Shown: positions 39,926 through 51,808, numbered from the whole stretch's first letter. The stretch: 63,399 nt of DNA, filler included, from Octopus bimaculoides (GCF_001194135.2; 6 parts of 5 records of this genome joined end to end with filler, not necessarily neighbours in it); one strand, 5' to 3'. The notes: generated from the sequence alone by a model not told the origin. Numbers and translations are program-made.

Positions 39926-41119
39926 AAGCAATAGCAGTTTATTGGACAGACCTGGAATTATATTGTTTTGTTACCATGCATAATCGAACCTATGTAGATA
40001 TGCTATCTATGCGCTTTTCTCACTCTCCATTACAACACACTTCTGTGATTTATTAAATCTTGTTTCTCACTTTGCTTCGTAATATAATTAGCCCAGCTGA
40101 TAATACTTCGTGTGATTAATGATAATCGTGGCGTGAAATGTATCGATAAAGAAACGTTTGTAATCTTTATATTAATGTGAGTGTGCTTCACAGTTTTTGA
40201 AATACTTTAAGAAGGTTTACAATGGCGGTTATCCATCGAAATAATTCTGTAAGGTAACAGAGTATATAACAGCGAAATACTAGTTAAATTACAATCCAGT
40301 TATAACAATGTTATTTTATGGAGTAGCTTTGAAAGTATGTTGCTACTTCAATAAATGACACGTACTAATCAGTATTCTATGTTTACACATTCAATTGACT
40401 TCAGAGAAAACTACCGCTCACAAGATGTATAATCTTATTTAAAATGCAGTCAATATTTTCCCTTGGGGATGTAATTCATTTGGAATTAGCGATAAAGTTT
40501 GGAAGTACATGAAATAAATATAAATTGTTTACAATTGTGTTCACTATTCAAATAAATCCATTTCCCCAATCGTGTTTTCAGATTCGTGAATATCATTGTT
40601 GCTTACATATTACAATTATCAAAAAATGAAATCAAATTTAGCACAATATATAAATCAATCACTTTCATCATAAAGAAGTGGCGTGTTTTCAATTAAGTTA
40701 GTAAAACGTCACTATTACATCAGTGATAAACAATTGTCTTGTAAAACGATTGTTTTAACTTAATATAAAACACCAAGTGAACTATACGCTATTGATCTTA
40801 TGATATGGAATGTACAAAACATTAAAAGAATAATTTTAAAATGAAATAATTGCATTTGAAAAGGAAAGTTACAAAACAGATTATTTATATTTTCTTGATT
40901 TCTTAGGATTCATATCTTATTATTTTGAATAAGATTGGCAATAGCTATTAACAAATATCAAGGATCCGTATATATGTATATATATTTATATGTATGTGTG
41001 TGTACATGTTTGTGTGTCTNNNNNNNNNNNNNNNNNNNNNNNNNNNNNNNNNNNNNNNNNNNNTTAATTAATTAANNNNNNNNNNNNNNNNNNNNNNNNN
41101 NNNNNNNNNNNNNNNNNNN

Positions 41120-41230
41120 TGCCGAACCGCTAAGTTACGAGGGACGTAAACACACCAGCATCGGTTGTCAAGCGATGTTGCGGGGACAGACACAGACACA
41201 CAAACACACACACACACATATATATATACA
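41120..41230 (-). mobile_element. SINE fragment (23881 family), minus strand
   Basis: gccgaaccgctaagttacg..acgtaaacacaccagcatcggttgtcaagcgatgttg is the reverse complement of the SINE body. Confidence 0.8.
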
Positions 41231-41238
41231 TATATGTA

Positions 41239-41375
41239 CAGGGTAATTCAAAGGTCACCATACATACATAGGAAAATTTTATTTTTTTAATAAAAAACAG
41301 TTAAATAAAAAAAAAACTGTTTCTTATAAAAAAAAATAAATTGGTCTTATGTATGGCAACTTTTGAATCACCCTG
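41239..41375. mobile_element. Tc1/mariner-type MITE, 137 bp
   Basis: TA|CAGGGTAATTCAAAGGTCACCATACAT ... ATGTATGGCAACTTTTGAATCACCCTG|TA: about 27-bp imperfect TIRs, TA TSD, A/T filler. Confidence 0.85.
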
Positions 41376-41435
41376 TATATATATATGTATATATACACAC
41401 ACACACACCTATATATATGTATGTATGTACATATG

Positions 41436-41462
41436 CTAGCTGAGTATCCTGTCTTGCTGGGT
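41436..41462 (-). mobile_element. Possible Helitron-type 3' terminus (hairpin plus CTAG)
   Basis: CTAG followed 7 nt later by an imperfect hairpin atcctg-tcttg-ctgggt; on the minus strand this reads hairpin then CTAG. The hairpin is weak. Confidence 0.25.
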
Positions 41463-42184
41463 AATTTTCACAATAGAATGCTATGACAGACTTTTGGAAT
41501 ATCACACCCACCTAAGTTGAATTTTCTCCATTTTGATGTGGATTTTTTTCAAATTTTTCTTTCCACTACACCCTTGCAAATGATGTGGGGATGGTTGGGG
41601 GTAGGAGCTTTTCACAAAAGAAAAACTTTTGAAAATTTATGAATCCCCCAAGTTTACCTCAAGAAAAGCAAAAAAAATGAAAGAAACAGGAAAAGGGTAT
41701 CTTCTCTGTTGCTGTCACAGATTTTGAAATTTTAAAATTAAGTGAATATTTTCAAGTTTGTTATATTGATGTACTTTTTCATGCTGAATCTGACTGACTT
41801 TGGCATTCATTTATTTCAGGAAAATTTTAGAAAAATGTTACAGAGGTTTAAAGTTTGATCATTTTTATCCAATCAGAAAAACAGGATTTGTGCATTATAG
41901 TTGTCATAAAATGAAAGTAAACATTAGAATGTGAGGTTTTAGACAAAGTGAGATCAATGCATGAAAGTTAATTCATATACAAAGAGAGTGAGTGTCAAAG
42001 AGTATTGTAAATATATATAGAGAGATAAATTAGTGAAGAAAAGTAGTTTCAGTTCCAGCAGCCAGAGCCAATTAGCTGTCTGGTGGTACAAGTCTTAAAA
42101 CTATACACTACAAAATCCAGGAAACTGACCTTATGAGTCTATGGCTCAGGAAGAATCATTGAGCTTCTTTCTAAATCTTGGAGA

Positions 42185-42595
42185 ACATTAGCTAATGTGT
42201 CCATTGTTGCTGTTTAGCCACAGGTCAGTCCTGAATCTGCAGACCTACGATGAAAACTATTCCAACTGTGACCATCCTGTCTGCTATTCTGACTTAGTAT
42301 ATCTAGGACTACATTAGCTAATGTATTCTTCCTTCCTTGTTTTTGTTGTTGTTTAGCCACAGGTTAGGCATAATCCATTAGTCCTTTGATCTAAGGTGTT
42401 CCAGCCATGCCAGTCCTGTATTTTATTCAGACCAAGTATGCTTGGGACTACATTATCTAATATGTCTTTCCTTGTTGCTATGTAATCCCAGGTTAACTGT
42501 GACCCAACAGAGCTTTGATGAAAGATGTTGCGGCCATCACTGAGTCATCTTTTATGTTTAACCACAGCTTACCTTGGACTACATTATCTAATGTT
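42185..42595 (+). repeat. Three degenerate tandem copies of an approximately 120-bp repeat
   Basis: Recurring tttagccacagg..ttccagccatg/accatcctgtc..ggactacatta(g/t)ctaat. An inverted copy lies at about 42935..43041 and a partial copy at about 47020..47105. Confidence 0.7.
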
Positions 42596-42708
42596 TCTTC
42601 GCCTTATACACATTGAAAATGAGGAATCAAGATTTGAGGGGAATATTTGGCTGCTATTTCCACCAGATTGGGTGACCCCTTAGCTAGTCCTTTGCAGGCT
42701 TGGTTTAA

Positions 42709-42928
42709 TCTTTTAGTATTCAAACCAGTCATATCCAGCCCAAACATTCTACCTATTTTATAGTCAAACCAGCCAGATCTGGCTTCTCACACCTACCCTA
42801 CAAGGACGTTCTAAGAATATAACGTCACATAGTTGAAATCTCAGGGCTATGAGATAATGCATGATTAATTCAAAAAGATGTGTATAAATAATCATTATAT
42901 TGAACAGACTAATCTGAATGCTAAAGGG
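42709..42928. mobile_element. piggyBac-like MITE, copy 1
   Basis: TTAA|tcttttagtattc ... gaatgctaaaggg; same body as 43046..43470. The right TTAA is missing. Confidence 0.6.
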
Positions 42929-43045
42929 TCTGCTGGATTAGGACCAACCTAGGGCTAAATAACAAGATAGGACACATTAGATAATGTAGTCCAAGATACA
43001 CTATCTAAATAAAAGATAGGATGGTCACGGCTGGAACACCTTTAA

Positions 43046-43470
43046 GCCTTTTAGCATTTAAACTAGCCCCATTCACCCTAAATATTCTGCCTTGTTTTAT
43101 GTTCAAATTGACCTGCTCCAGCCTCTCACACCTACCCTACAATGTAATTATGCAGTCATATCTTAGAAAACTACTTTATAATGCATGATTAATTAAAAAA
43201 AACAAGGCCAGATCCAGCCTCTCACACCTACCCTACAATGTCATTCTAAAAAGAAACAATCACATCATTGAAATCTTGAAGCTGAGATAATGCATGATTA
43301 ATTGAAAACAAGGCCAGATCCAGCCTCTCACACCTACCCTACAATGTCATTCTAAAACGAAACAATCACATCATTGAAATTTCAAAGCTGTGAGATAATC
43401 CATGATTACTTCAAAACAATGTGGATAAATAAGGAATACGTTTGACAGAGTAATCTAGGTATTAAAAGGG
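43046..43470. mobile_element. piggyBac-like MITE, copy 2, with an internal 3x approximately 105-bp duplication
   Basis: TTAA|gccttttagcatt ... attaaaaggg|TTAA; three units of ccagcctctcacacctaccctacaatgt..gataatgcatgatta. Confidence 0.7.
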
Positions 43471-43744
43471 TTAATTGATTCTTCTTTTCTTTTTTTTTTT
43501 TTTTTTTTTTTATAGGAAGACGTCCGCAGATTCAATTATTGGCGGAACTCTTAGTGAAGACAGCTAAGATGGATGTCACTGGACACAGTGAGACAGACAG
43601 AAAGAGAGATGGTGGTGTACTGTGAGGAGTAGTGGTGGTATTGGTGGTGGTGGTGGTGGACGAGGAGAAAAGGTTGTAGGAGACAGCAAATTTTCAGTAG
43701 TGTCTGTGGGAGGGCATGGCATCAGATTGGCTGAGGTTTTAGAT

Positions 43745-44150
43745 CAGAGGTTCTCAACATGGGTGGCACCACTCCACCTCCCTGCAAGGCGATGCTGGTG
43801 ATATCGAAGGGAATGTTAAGCTTTAGGGGGTCAGCCGGATAACATAATTAACATACTAAGTTTTACCTGTAGTAGTAAATATATTATACTTGTTAAAGCT
43901 AGTAATGGTTGTCGAAATAAAATAAGAAATAAGTAGTGTGCTGCTATTACTAGCAGGTCAAGCAACTGTGTAGAGGTAGACTCTGCCCAGTTGCTTGATC
44001 TGATATAGAAAATTTGGCAAGATCTCATCAGGCACAAGGAAGTCATTAATTTGCAATGTGTAAAGTATATTTAACACCTTTTGTCTTTTTAGTTGTGATG
44101 CTTCACCTGCCATTTAGCTGGACACTACTTGAAAGTGGGGTGCAACAAAT
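43745..44150 (+). mobile_element. Possible hAT-type non-autonomous element (left end only)
   Basis: Starts CAGAGGTTCTCAAC, like hAT/Charlie CAGGGGTTCTCAAC termini. The right TIR is not seen before the microsatellite and gap. Confidence 0.3.
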
Positions 44151-45071
44151 AAAGACAGAGACAGAGAGAGGGTGNNNNNNNNNNNNNNNNNNNNNNNNNN
44201 NNNNNNNNNNNNNNNNNNNNNNNNNNNNNNNNNNNNNNNNNNNNNNNNNNNNNNNNNNNNNNNNNNNNNNNNNNNNNNNNNNNNNNNNNNNNNNNNNNNN
44301 NNNNNNNNNNNNNNNNNNNNNNNNNNNNNNNNNNNNNNNNNNNNNNNNNNNNNNNNNNNNNNNNNNNNNNNNNNNNNNNNNNNNNNNNNNNNNNNNNNNN
44401 NNNNNNNNNNNNNNNNNNNNNNNNNNNNNNNNNNNNNNNNNNNNNNNNNNNNNNNNNNNNNNNNNNNNNNNNNNNNNNNNNNNNNNNNNNNNNNNNNNNN
44501 NNNNNNNNNNNNNNNNNNNNNNNNNNNNNNNNNNNNNNNNNNNNNNNNNNNNNNNNNNNNNNNNNNNNNNNNNNNNNNNNNNNNNNNNNNNNNNNNNNNN
44601 NNNNNNNNNNNNNNNNNNNNNNNNNNNNNNNNNNNNNNNNNNNNNNNNNNNNNNNNNNNNNNNNNNNNNNNNNNNNNNNNNNNNNNNNNNNNNNNNNNNN
44701 NNNNNNNNNNNNNNNNNNNNNNNNNNNNNNNNNNNNNNNNNNNNNNNNNNNNNNNNNNNNNNNNNNNNNNNNNNNNNNNNNNNNNNNNNNNNNNNNNNNN
44801 NNNNNNNNNNNNNNNNNNNNNNNNNNNNNNNNNNNNNNNNNNNNNNNNNNNNNNNNNNNNNNNNNNNNNNNNNNNNNNNNNNNNNNNNNNNNNNNNNNNN
44901 NNNNNNNNNNNNNNNNNNNNNNNNNNNNNNNNNNNNNNNNNNNNNNNNNNNNNNNNNNNNNNNNNNNNNNNNNNNNNNNNNNNNNNNNNNNNNNNNNNNN
45001 NNNNNNNNNNNNNNNNNNNNNNNNNNNNNNNNNNNNNNNNNNNNNNNNNNNNNNNNNNNNNNNNNNNNNNN

Positions 45072-45245
45072 TATATCACCACCACCACCACCACCACTCC
45101 ACTACCATCACCACCCCACTATATCACCACCACCACAACCACTCCACTACCATCACCGCCCCACTATATCACCACCACCACAACCACTCCACTACCAACA
45201 CCACCCCACTATATCACCACCACCACCACCATCACTACATCAACC
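45072..45245. repeat. 45-bp minisatellite, about 3.7 units, CAC-rich
   Basis: Unit tatatcaccaccaccacaaccactccactaccatcacc(a/g)ccccac repeated; it runs into the upstream gap. Confidence 0.9.
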
Positions 45246-45299
45246 ACCAATACTACCACTACGACCTCCACCATTATCACCACCAATGCCACCACTACC

Positions 45300-46525
45300 A
45301 CTTGTGTAAAGAAGTGCTGATCTGTAACTCTGGAGGGACCCTGTGGTATAGGTAGACCCTGGAAGACATGGGACTTGGTGGTGAAGCATGATCTTTGAAC
45401 TTTGAGCCTCACAGAGGCAATAACTAGCGACCGAGACCTTTGGTGATGTGCTGTGCTTGAGAGGAGCCATCCAGTCAAGTGCACTTGTGCTGGTGGCACA
45501 TAAAGAAAATCTTTTGAATGTTGGGCCTCACGGAGGCAAAGCGGCTGAGTTCCTTTCAAGCATTGGGCCTCACAGAGGTAATGACTGAGACCTTTGGGAT
45601 CTTTTTTAAAACGGGGGCCACATTTTTCATTAACGAAACACTTTGAAACTTGGAACACTGGTAGAATGTGTCATATAAAACATCTTTTTCTCTTAGTCTT
45701 CTTTAAAAAAAAAGAAATCCCTAAGTTATTCCATGTGAAAGTTGTCGTATTTCTGTAATTTCAACCAATCACTGACGTCCATTCAGCCGATATACATTAA
45801 GTGCCGACTACATAAACAAACGATTCTGAAACAATTAACCCTAACCCTAACCCTAACTCTAACCCTAACCNNNNNNNNNNNNNNNNNNNNNNNNNNNNNN
45901 NNNNNNNNNNNNNNNNNNNNNNNNNNNNNNNNNNNNNNNNNNNNNNNNNNNNNNNNNNNNNNNNNNNNNNNNNNNNNNNNNNNNNNNNNNNNNNNNNNNN
46001 NNNNNNNNNNNNNNNNNNNNNNNNNNNNNNNNNNNNNNNNNNNNNNNNNNNNNNNNNNNNNNNNNNNNNNNNNNNNNNNNNNNNNNNNNNNNNNNNNNNN
46101 NNNNNNNNNNNNNNGGTTAGGGTTAGGGTTAGGGTTAAAGCAAATTTAAAATGAAAAAAGCAAATAAAACGAAGAATCGTTTGTTTATGTAGTCGGCACT
46201 TAATGTATATCGACTGAATGGACGTCAGTGATTGGTTGAAATTATTGAAATAAGACAATTTTTTACATGAAATAAATTCGAATACAAAAATATTTTTCTG
46301 TTCTATAACACAAAATAGATAAGTATACGAAGTTTGAAAGTCTTTCCGTACCAAAAACACTACGTAAAACATTAATGAAAAATGTGGCCCCCGTTTTAAA
46401 AAAGATCCGACCTTTGGCATTATGTTGTGCTTGAAAACAAGACCCCTCAAGCCGAGGAAAATTGCAGTCATGGCTGATACCAGTGTCACACCTGTAGCGG
46501 TGGCACATAAATGCACCCTGGTGTC
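45300..46525 (+). mobile_element. RTE-type LINE 3' end, interrupted by the 45597..46408 element
   Basis: CVKKC*SVTLEGPCGIGRPWKTWDLVVKHDL at 45300-45400; the 3' UTR motif gacctttgg resumes after the insertion. Confidence 0.75.
45597..46408. mobile_element. Non-autonomous TIR element with 8-bp TSD, nested inverted repeats and internal telomeric arrays
   Basis: TSD GACCTTTG (45589..45596 and 46409..46416). Perfect 37-bp TIR GGATCTTTTTTAAAACGGGGGCCACATTTTTCATTAA. Inner 72-bp IR at 45756..45827 and 46173..46244 (1 mismatch). (CCCTAA)n at 45836..45870 and (TTAGGG)n at 46115..46137 flank a gap. Confidence 0.9.
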
Positions 46526-46529
46526 ACGC

Positions 46530-46692
46530 AAATGGCTGTGAGCTGGCGGAACCGTTGGCACAGCAGACAAAATGCTTAGTGGCAATTCTTCCATATTTCC
46601 CTTTCATTCTTTCAGGGTCCCTAAAATAAATTTAATTGACTTAGCCCTTCCCCTCCAAACTGCTGGCCCTGTGCCAAAGTTTGAAACCAATA
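46530..46692 (+). mobile_element. Second SINE family, internally deleted copy
   Basis: gtgagctggcggaaccgttggcac..aaaatgcttagtgg..ctttcattctttcagggtc..ctggccctgtgccaaagtttgaaacc; tail shared with 28588..28730. Confidence 0.55.
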
Positions 46693-47119
46693 TTAATTAA
46701 TTGTTTTAGGGAGTTTTTTTGGTGGAACGAAGAAAGCATTTTTTTTTTAAAATCTCCATTGTTCTTATTTTTGTTGTTGTTATGGTCGTTACAATTCCAT
46801 GTTTACCATGGGTTAAATGGTTCTGCAAATTTATACATTGTTCTTTGCACCCTCACAGTTTGTTGGAGTTCGGTGCTGTTAGTGTTATTACTATGGCTAT
46901 GGTAGTGGTGGTGGTGGTCGTCGTCGTCGTCATCGTCGTCGTTCATGTGTTGGAGGCTTATCACATGTGTTTTGTGTGTCTGAGTGTGTACATGTATATA
47001 TAACGATGATGATGATGGTGGTGTTTAGCCCAAAGTAATTATTTCCTGATCCAGCAGCCCTGTGATCAAAGGACATTACTTCACCCATGACCATCCTGTC
47101 TTTTATGCAGTCACATATA

Positions 47120-47157
<38 letters not shown>

Positions 47158-47656
47158 TATATATACATACATATACATATACACACACATATATACATAT
47201 ATAAATATATATATATATATATATACACATACACATATAAATATCCATACACATGTACNNNNNNNNNNNNNNNNNNNNNNNNNNNNNNNNNNNNNNNNNN
47301 NNTTAATTAATTAANNNNNNNNNNNNNNNNNNNNNNNNNNNNNNNNNNNNNNNNNNNNTATATATACATACATGTATACATATATGTAAATATGTATATA
47401 TGTATATATACATATATATACATATATATGCATATACATGTATATATATTTACAAGTACACAGATACAAGCACATATATATATGCGTCTATGTATGTATG
47501 TACACTAACTAATCTGCTGCACATAAATTAAGACGCTAACTAATTAACTCCAGCTAATGAATTCCACTGTGGGCGTCTGTGGATGATTTAGGTGTATATG
47601 GCCTATACACACTATGATTCATGGGTGGCTGTATCTATGAATAAATAAATAAATAA

Positions 47657-47693
<37 letters not shown>

Positions 47694-48164
47694 TATATAT
47701 ATATTATGTATGCGTGTGTGTGTCTGTGTGTGCATGTGTGTGTAAATGCATACGCTCATACATAGTGATTCAAACACACACACATACGCACACTCACAAA
47801 TATATATATATATATATATACATATATATTTGTATCTATATATATGGTACATACATATATATATGTAGGTATGTATTCATATATACACACATATATATAT
47901 ATAGTTATATATGTTTGTGTGTGTGTGTGTTAATGATAGTAATAATTGAAGTTTTAAAGGTTTATTAAAAGATCGAACATTGCGTTTACTTGCATTTCAA
48001 AGTTATTTCTACAAGAAACCTGGCAGTAATTTCGAATCTATGCCAAAACAAATCTTAATTTATCAAGCAAATATATATTCAGAGAGATAGAGAAAGAGAG
48101 AGAGAGAGAGAGATAGGGAGAGCGAGAGAAATAGAGAGATAAATAATGGGTAGATTGATAGATA

Positions 48165-48171
48165 TATAGAC

Positions 48172-48226
<55 letters not shown>
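48165..48226. repeat. (GATA)n microsatellite
   Basis: Direct tandem GATA run; a longer one lies at 59318..59464. Confidence 0.9.
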
Positions 48227-48367
48227 CAAAAGAGAAAGACGGCGATAGGTATAGATATATGTGTATGTATGGATATATGTGTGTGTATACGTATAAATAA
48301 ATAAATATGTATTTATATGTTAATATATATGTACATTAAAATCTTTCCCTCTTTCTCTCTCTCTTTC

Positions 48368-48461
<94 letters not shown>

Positions 48462-49789
48462 TAGAAGTATAGATATAGATAGATATATATAGATAGATAT
48501 ATATATATAGATATATATATATAGATATATATATGTTTATAGATCTGTTTACTTTTATATGCACATAAATAAATTTATATATACATTTAGAAACATGCAT
48601 TCTTACACTCACACCCAGAAACACCCATATAGACACACGCGCGCGTGCACACACACATGCTCATGCACACACACGCACACACACACGCACACACACACAA
48701 ACACACACACACACACACCATACACCTTAGCCTGCCTTCGAAGGAGGACTCTACACTTGTTTACGTGTTAAACATAAACTGTAATGTAGATAATTCTATT
48801 ATGCAAGAGTTAATGTGTTAGCAACAAGACATCATTTTTGCTAATTAGCGAAGGCGGAGTCCCTGTGCTTAATCTCTTCTAACCCTAAACATATATACAT
48901 GTGTGTGTGTATACGACAACGTTTATGGTAGGTTTGTATACATGCACGTGTGCATGCACATACAATTAATCACATACCCATGTTAATTGATTTTTGTCAA
49001 GTTATATATAAAAACATTTTCCCTAGCGGAGTACATACACAGTTTTACAAAATAATCTTCTATTCAAAGTTTCTGTTTGGTCTTCATAGAAAAGCTAGTT
49101 TAAAATCTGTTTTTGATTACACACGTTTCTACATATACTTCCTGACTGTAATTCAGATGATAAATTAAATTACTCTGCTATTATTCAAGTTAATTTCTTT
49201 TCATTGTTAAAGATGGGCGTTTTATATCTCTGTATTCTGCTAAAAGATATCTCACGTTATTCCTAATTATTAACCATGTACATATGCATTTTATCTGAGT
49301 CATTTATGTTGTACCCCATGTAGTACGAAGTACGATACAAAAAACCACTTACGTTTCATCTCTATTTTCACTAATCTAAGACTCTTTTATCTCTTACTTA
49401 TTCTAATCATTTGACTACGGCCATGCTGGGGCACCAACTTAATAAAGACAGTTCCATATCTCTATCGAATTAGGAGAAGAATTATGAGAGACTTTCCCAG
49501 GTACACATTCAGGATTATACGAATCAAGGGCATGCATTCATGTAGGCATAGAGATAGAGAAAAAGACACAGCCCTCTCACAATACATGTGGAAATCGAGA
49601 AACATAAGAAAATGAATGCATAGAGGAACTCCTATACAACTTTTTACCAGAAATACACCCAGGCTATATCCTAAATGCTTCAGATACTTATATAATATTC
49701 AAAATCGTTAATCAGAATAGCAGATATATTTTTATTCTTACCGCTATGAAAAAAATATCCCCTGTTGTAAACTTCAAAAGAAAAGCATG

Positions 49790-50060
49790 GTAGGCCGCTC
49801 TGTTTTACTTCACTTACAGACAGCACTCTCTCCTCCATGATAACAATATCACAGTACCAGGTCACATGTCGTCTCGCATTTAGCACCAACAGCAACCGTT
49901 CGGACATTATCCAACGGACTATCTGATGTTTATCGGTCGATGGAAATCGATTTGACCTCGGTTTAGCAATGATCGACAAACGATAGACATCTCTTTGTCG
50001 CCTGAATGATCGTACACCGAGATTATCGACTATAATTATCGATGGAGTGAATGGACTGAA
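49790..50060 (-). other. CpG-rich unique segment; candidate first exon/promoter (ATG GAG GAG AGA GTG CTG TCT|gtaagt)
   Basis: Many CG dinucleotides in about 270 bp. Minus strand has atcATGG (good Kozak context) followed 21 nt later by a consensus GTAAGT donor. No downstream exon was identified. Confidence 0.3.
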
Positions 50061-51277
50061 GCTGCAACGCTACCCCCCAACCAATATATGTATGTATACA
50101 TGTATATATGTACACATATATACATGCATATATATATATGAGTGTGTGTGTGTGTATACATATATATATGTAAATATATGTGTGTACATATATGTATATA
50201 CATATACATATATATGTGTGTTTGTATACAGATATATATATAGATATATATATATATATATACATACTCATGCATATGCACACTCGTACTTGTTTACAGT
50301 AATACACATTCTGACAGGCAGATACACACACACACACATACACACACACACACATACATACATGCATATATATACATATATATNNNNNNNNNNNNNNNNN
50401 NNNNNNNNNNNNNNNNNNNNNNNNNNNNNNNNNNNNNNNNNNNNNNNNNNNNNNNNNNNNNNNNNNNNNNNNNNNNNNNNNNNNNNNNNNNNNNNNNNNN
50501 NNATATATATATATATATATACATATACGCCAAAACTTTTGTTGTTAAATAAACGGTAGTGTTAGAACATGTATTGATAGAAGTAAAACAATATGAGTTT
50601 TGTTTTTGTTTTTTTTTCTTGGTGGGAGAGGATGAAAACTGCAAAAAAAGTAAGGTTTATATGTAAAGAAAAAAATGGTAGAAGAGACAGGCAGATTTGA
50701 TGGGTAATTTGATGCTTGGATAATTTTATAGATACACGGAAGATGGAATACATGCTCAAGCATCTCTGACATGGCCGAGAAGACGAGGTCTAAGGATCGA
50801 AATTGAAGTCTCGGTATGTATAGCAGAATAACAAAACCTGGGGGTAAGAGTGTAAAAACTATTGCGCTTTCCTTGCCACGTCGCCTGACAAAGTGAATAC
50901 TTATAGAAATATTGTTCTGATGATATAATAGTACATACTACCTTCGTATGGTGTATCAGGCATTTCTTCTTTTCGTTACATTAATTTATAATTGACGTGG
51001 GTTATATCTCCGAGTAATACATAATTATCTATAATTATGCGAGGACACTTTGTAAAGTTAGATATCACTGAGATAGACTGAGATATGCTTTCTTTCGCCG
51101 GAAAGAGGTATCTTGCACGCACACCCGTAGACATACAAACACATAGAGACACACACAGAGGCACGCACATACACATGCACACACACACATGCACATACAT
51201 ACACAAATATATACACACATACACAAGTACACAAGCACATACGCTCGCATAGAAAAAAGAACAATACACATATAGAC

Positions 51278-51338
<61 letters not shown>

Positions 51339-51490
51339 TAATTCCAATGTTATTTGCATGTGCCCTTCTAGGTATCCAATGTTCGATAAACGTCCTATTA
51401 CATTTTTGCAATTAGATAGTATTAGAAATTGTATAAAAAAACATTGTTAAAATATTTTGTGCATTGCCATAAAAAAGTATAAGCTATTCA

Positions 51491-51670
51491 CATTATTTAC
51501 ATTATTTACATTATTTACATTTGACGGATATTTGTCCTCATCTTGTTTGTTGTTGACACACCGTTTCGGCTGATATTCTCTCCAGACTTCATCAGGTGTC
51601 TTGAGGAAATTTTGAATCTGGGTTCTCATTCGTAAGGTATTTTTCGATGTTATCATTGTTATTATTATTA

Positions 51671-51701
<31 letters not shown>

Positions 51702-51808
51702 CAACATCATCATCATCATTCTTATTCTTCTTATTATTCAGTGCCTGGAATCGAACTCGGAATCTTGGGGTTAGTAGCCCGCGCTATTAACCACTATGCC
51801 ATATGCCC
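51491..51808 (-). mobile_element. Composite SINE-like element: tRNA-like head, (AAT/GAT)n, hammerhead, (AATGTAAAT)n tail
   Basis: Head GGGCATATGGCATAGTGGTTAATAGCGCGGGCTACTAACCCCAAGATTCCGAGTTCGATTCC (A box TGGCATAGTGG, B box AGTTCGATTCC, loop GGG-CTACTAA-CCC). HHR at 51555..51600; three 9-nt tail repeats. Confidence 0.85.
51555..51600 (-). ncRNA. Minimal type I hammerhead, probably inactivated in this copy
   Basis: GACAC-CUGAUGA-A-[GUCUGG AGAGAAUA UCAGCC]-GAAA-CGGU-GUGUC: 5-bp helix I, intact CUGAUGA and GAAA. Helix II has one mismatch. CGGU in place of palindromic CGUU removes U16.1. Confidence 0.7.

Noticed and set aside
44056-45320. Pro/His/Thr-rich extensin- or mucin-like ORFs
   Set aside because: They are translations of the 45-bp CAC minisatellite joined through N runs; no splice or expression evidence.
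45836-46137. Telomeric arrays as a chromosome-fusion scar
   Set aside because: The orientation is (CCCTAA)n then (TTAGGG)n, opposite to a fusion, and the arrays sit inside a TSD-flanked TIR element.
49915-49960. ctgatgt..atcg gt cgatg gaaa tcga tt as a hammerhead
   Set aside because: A9 is substituted and no helix I can form.
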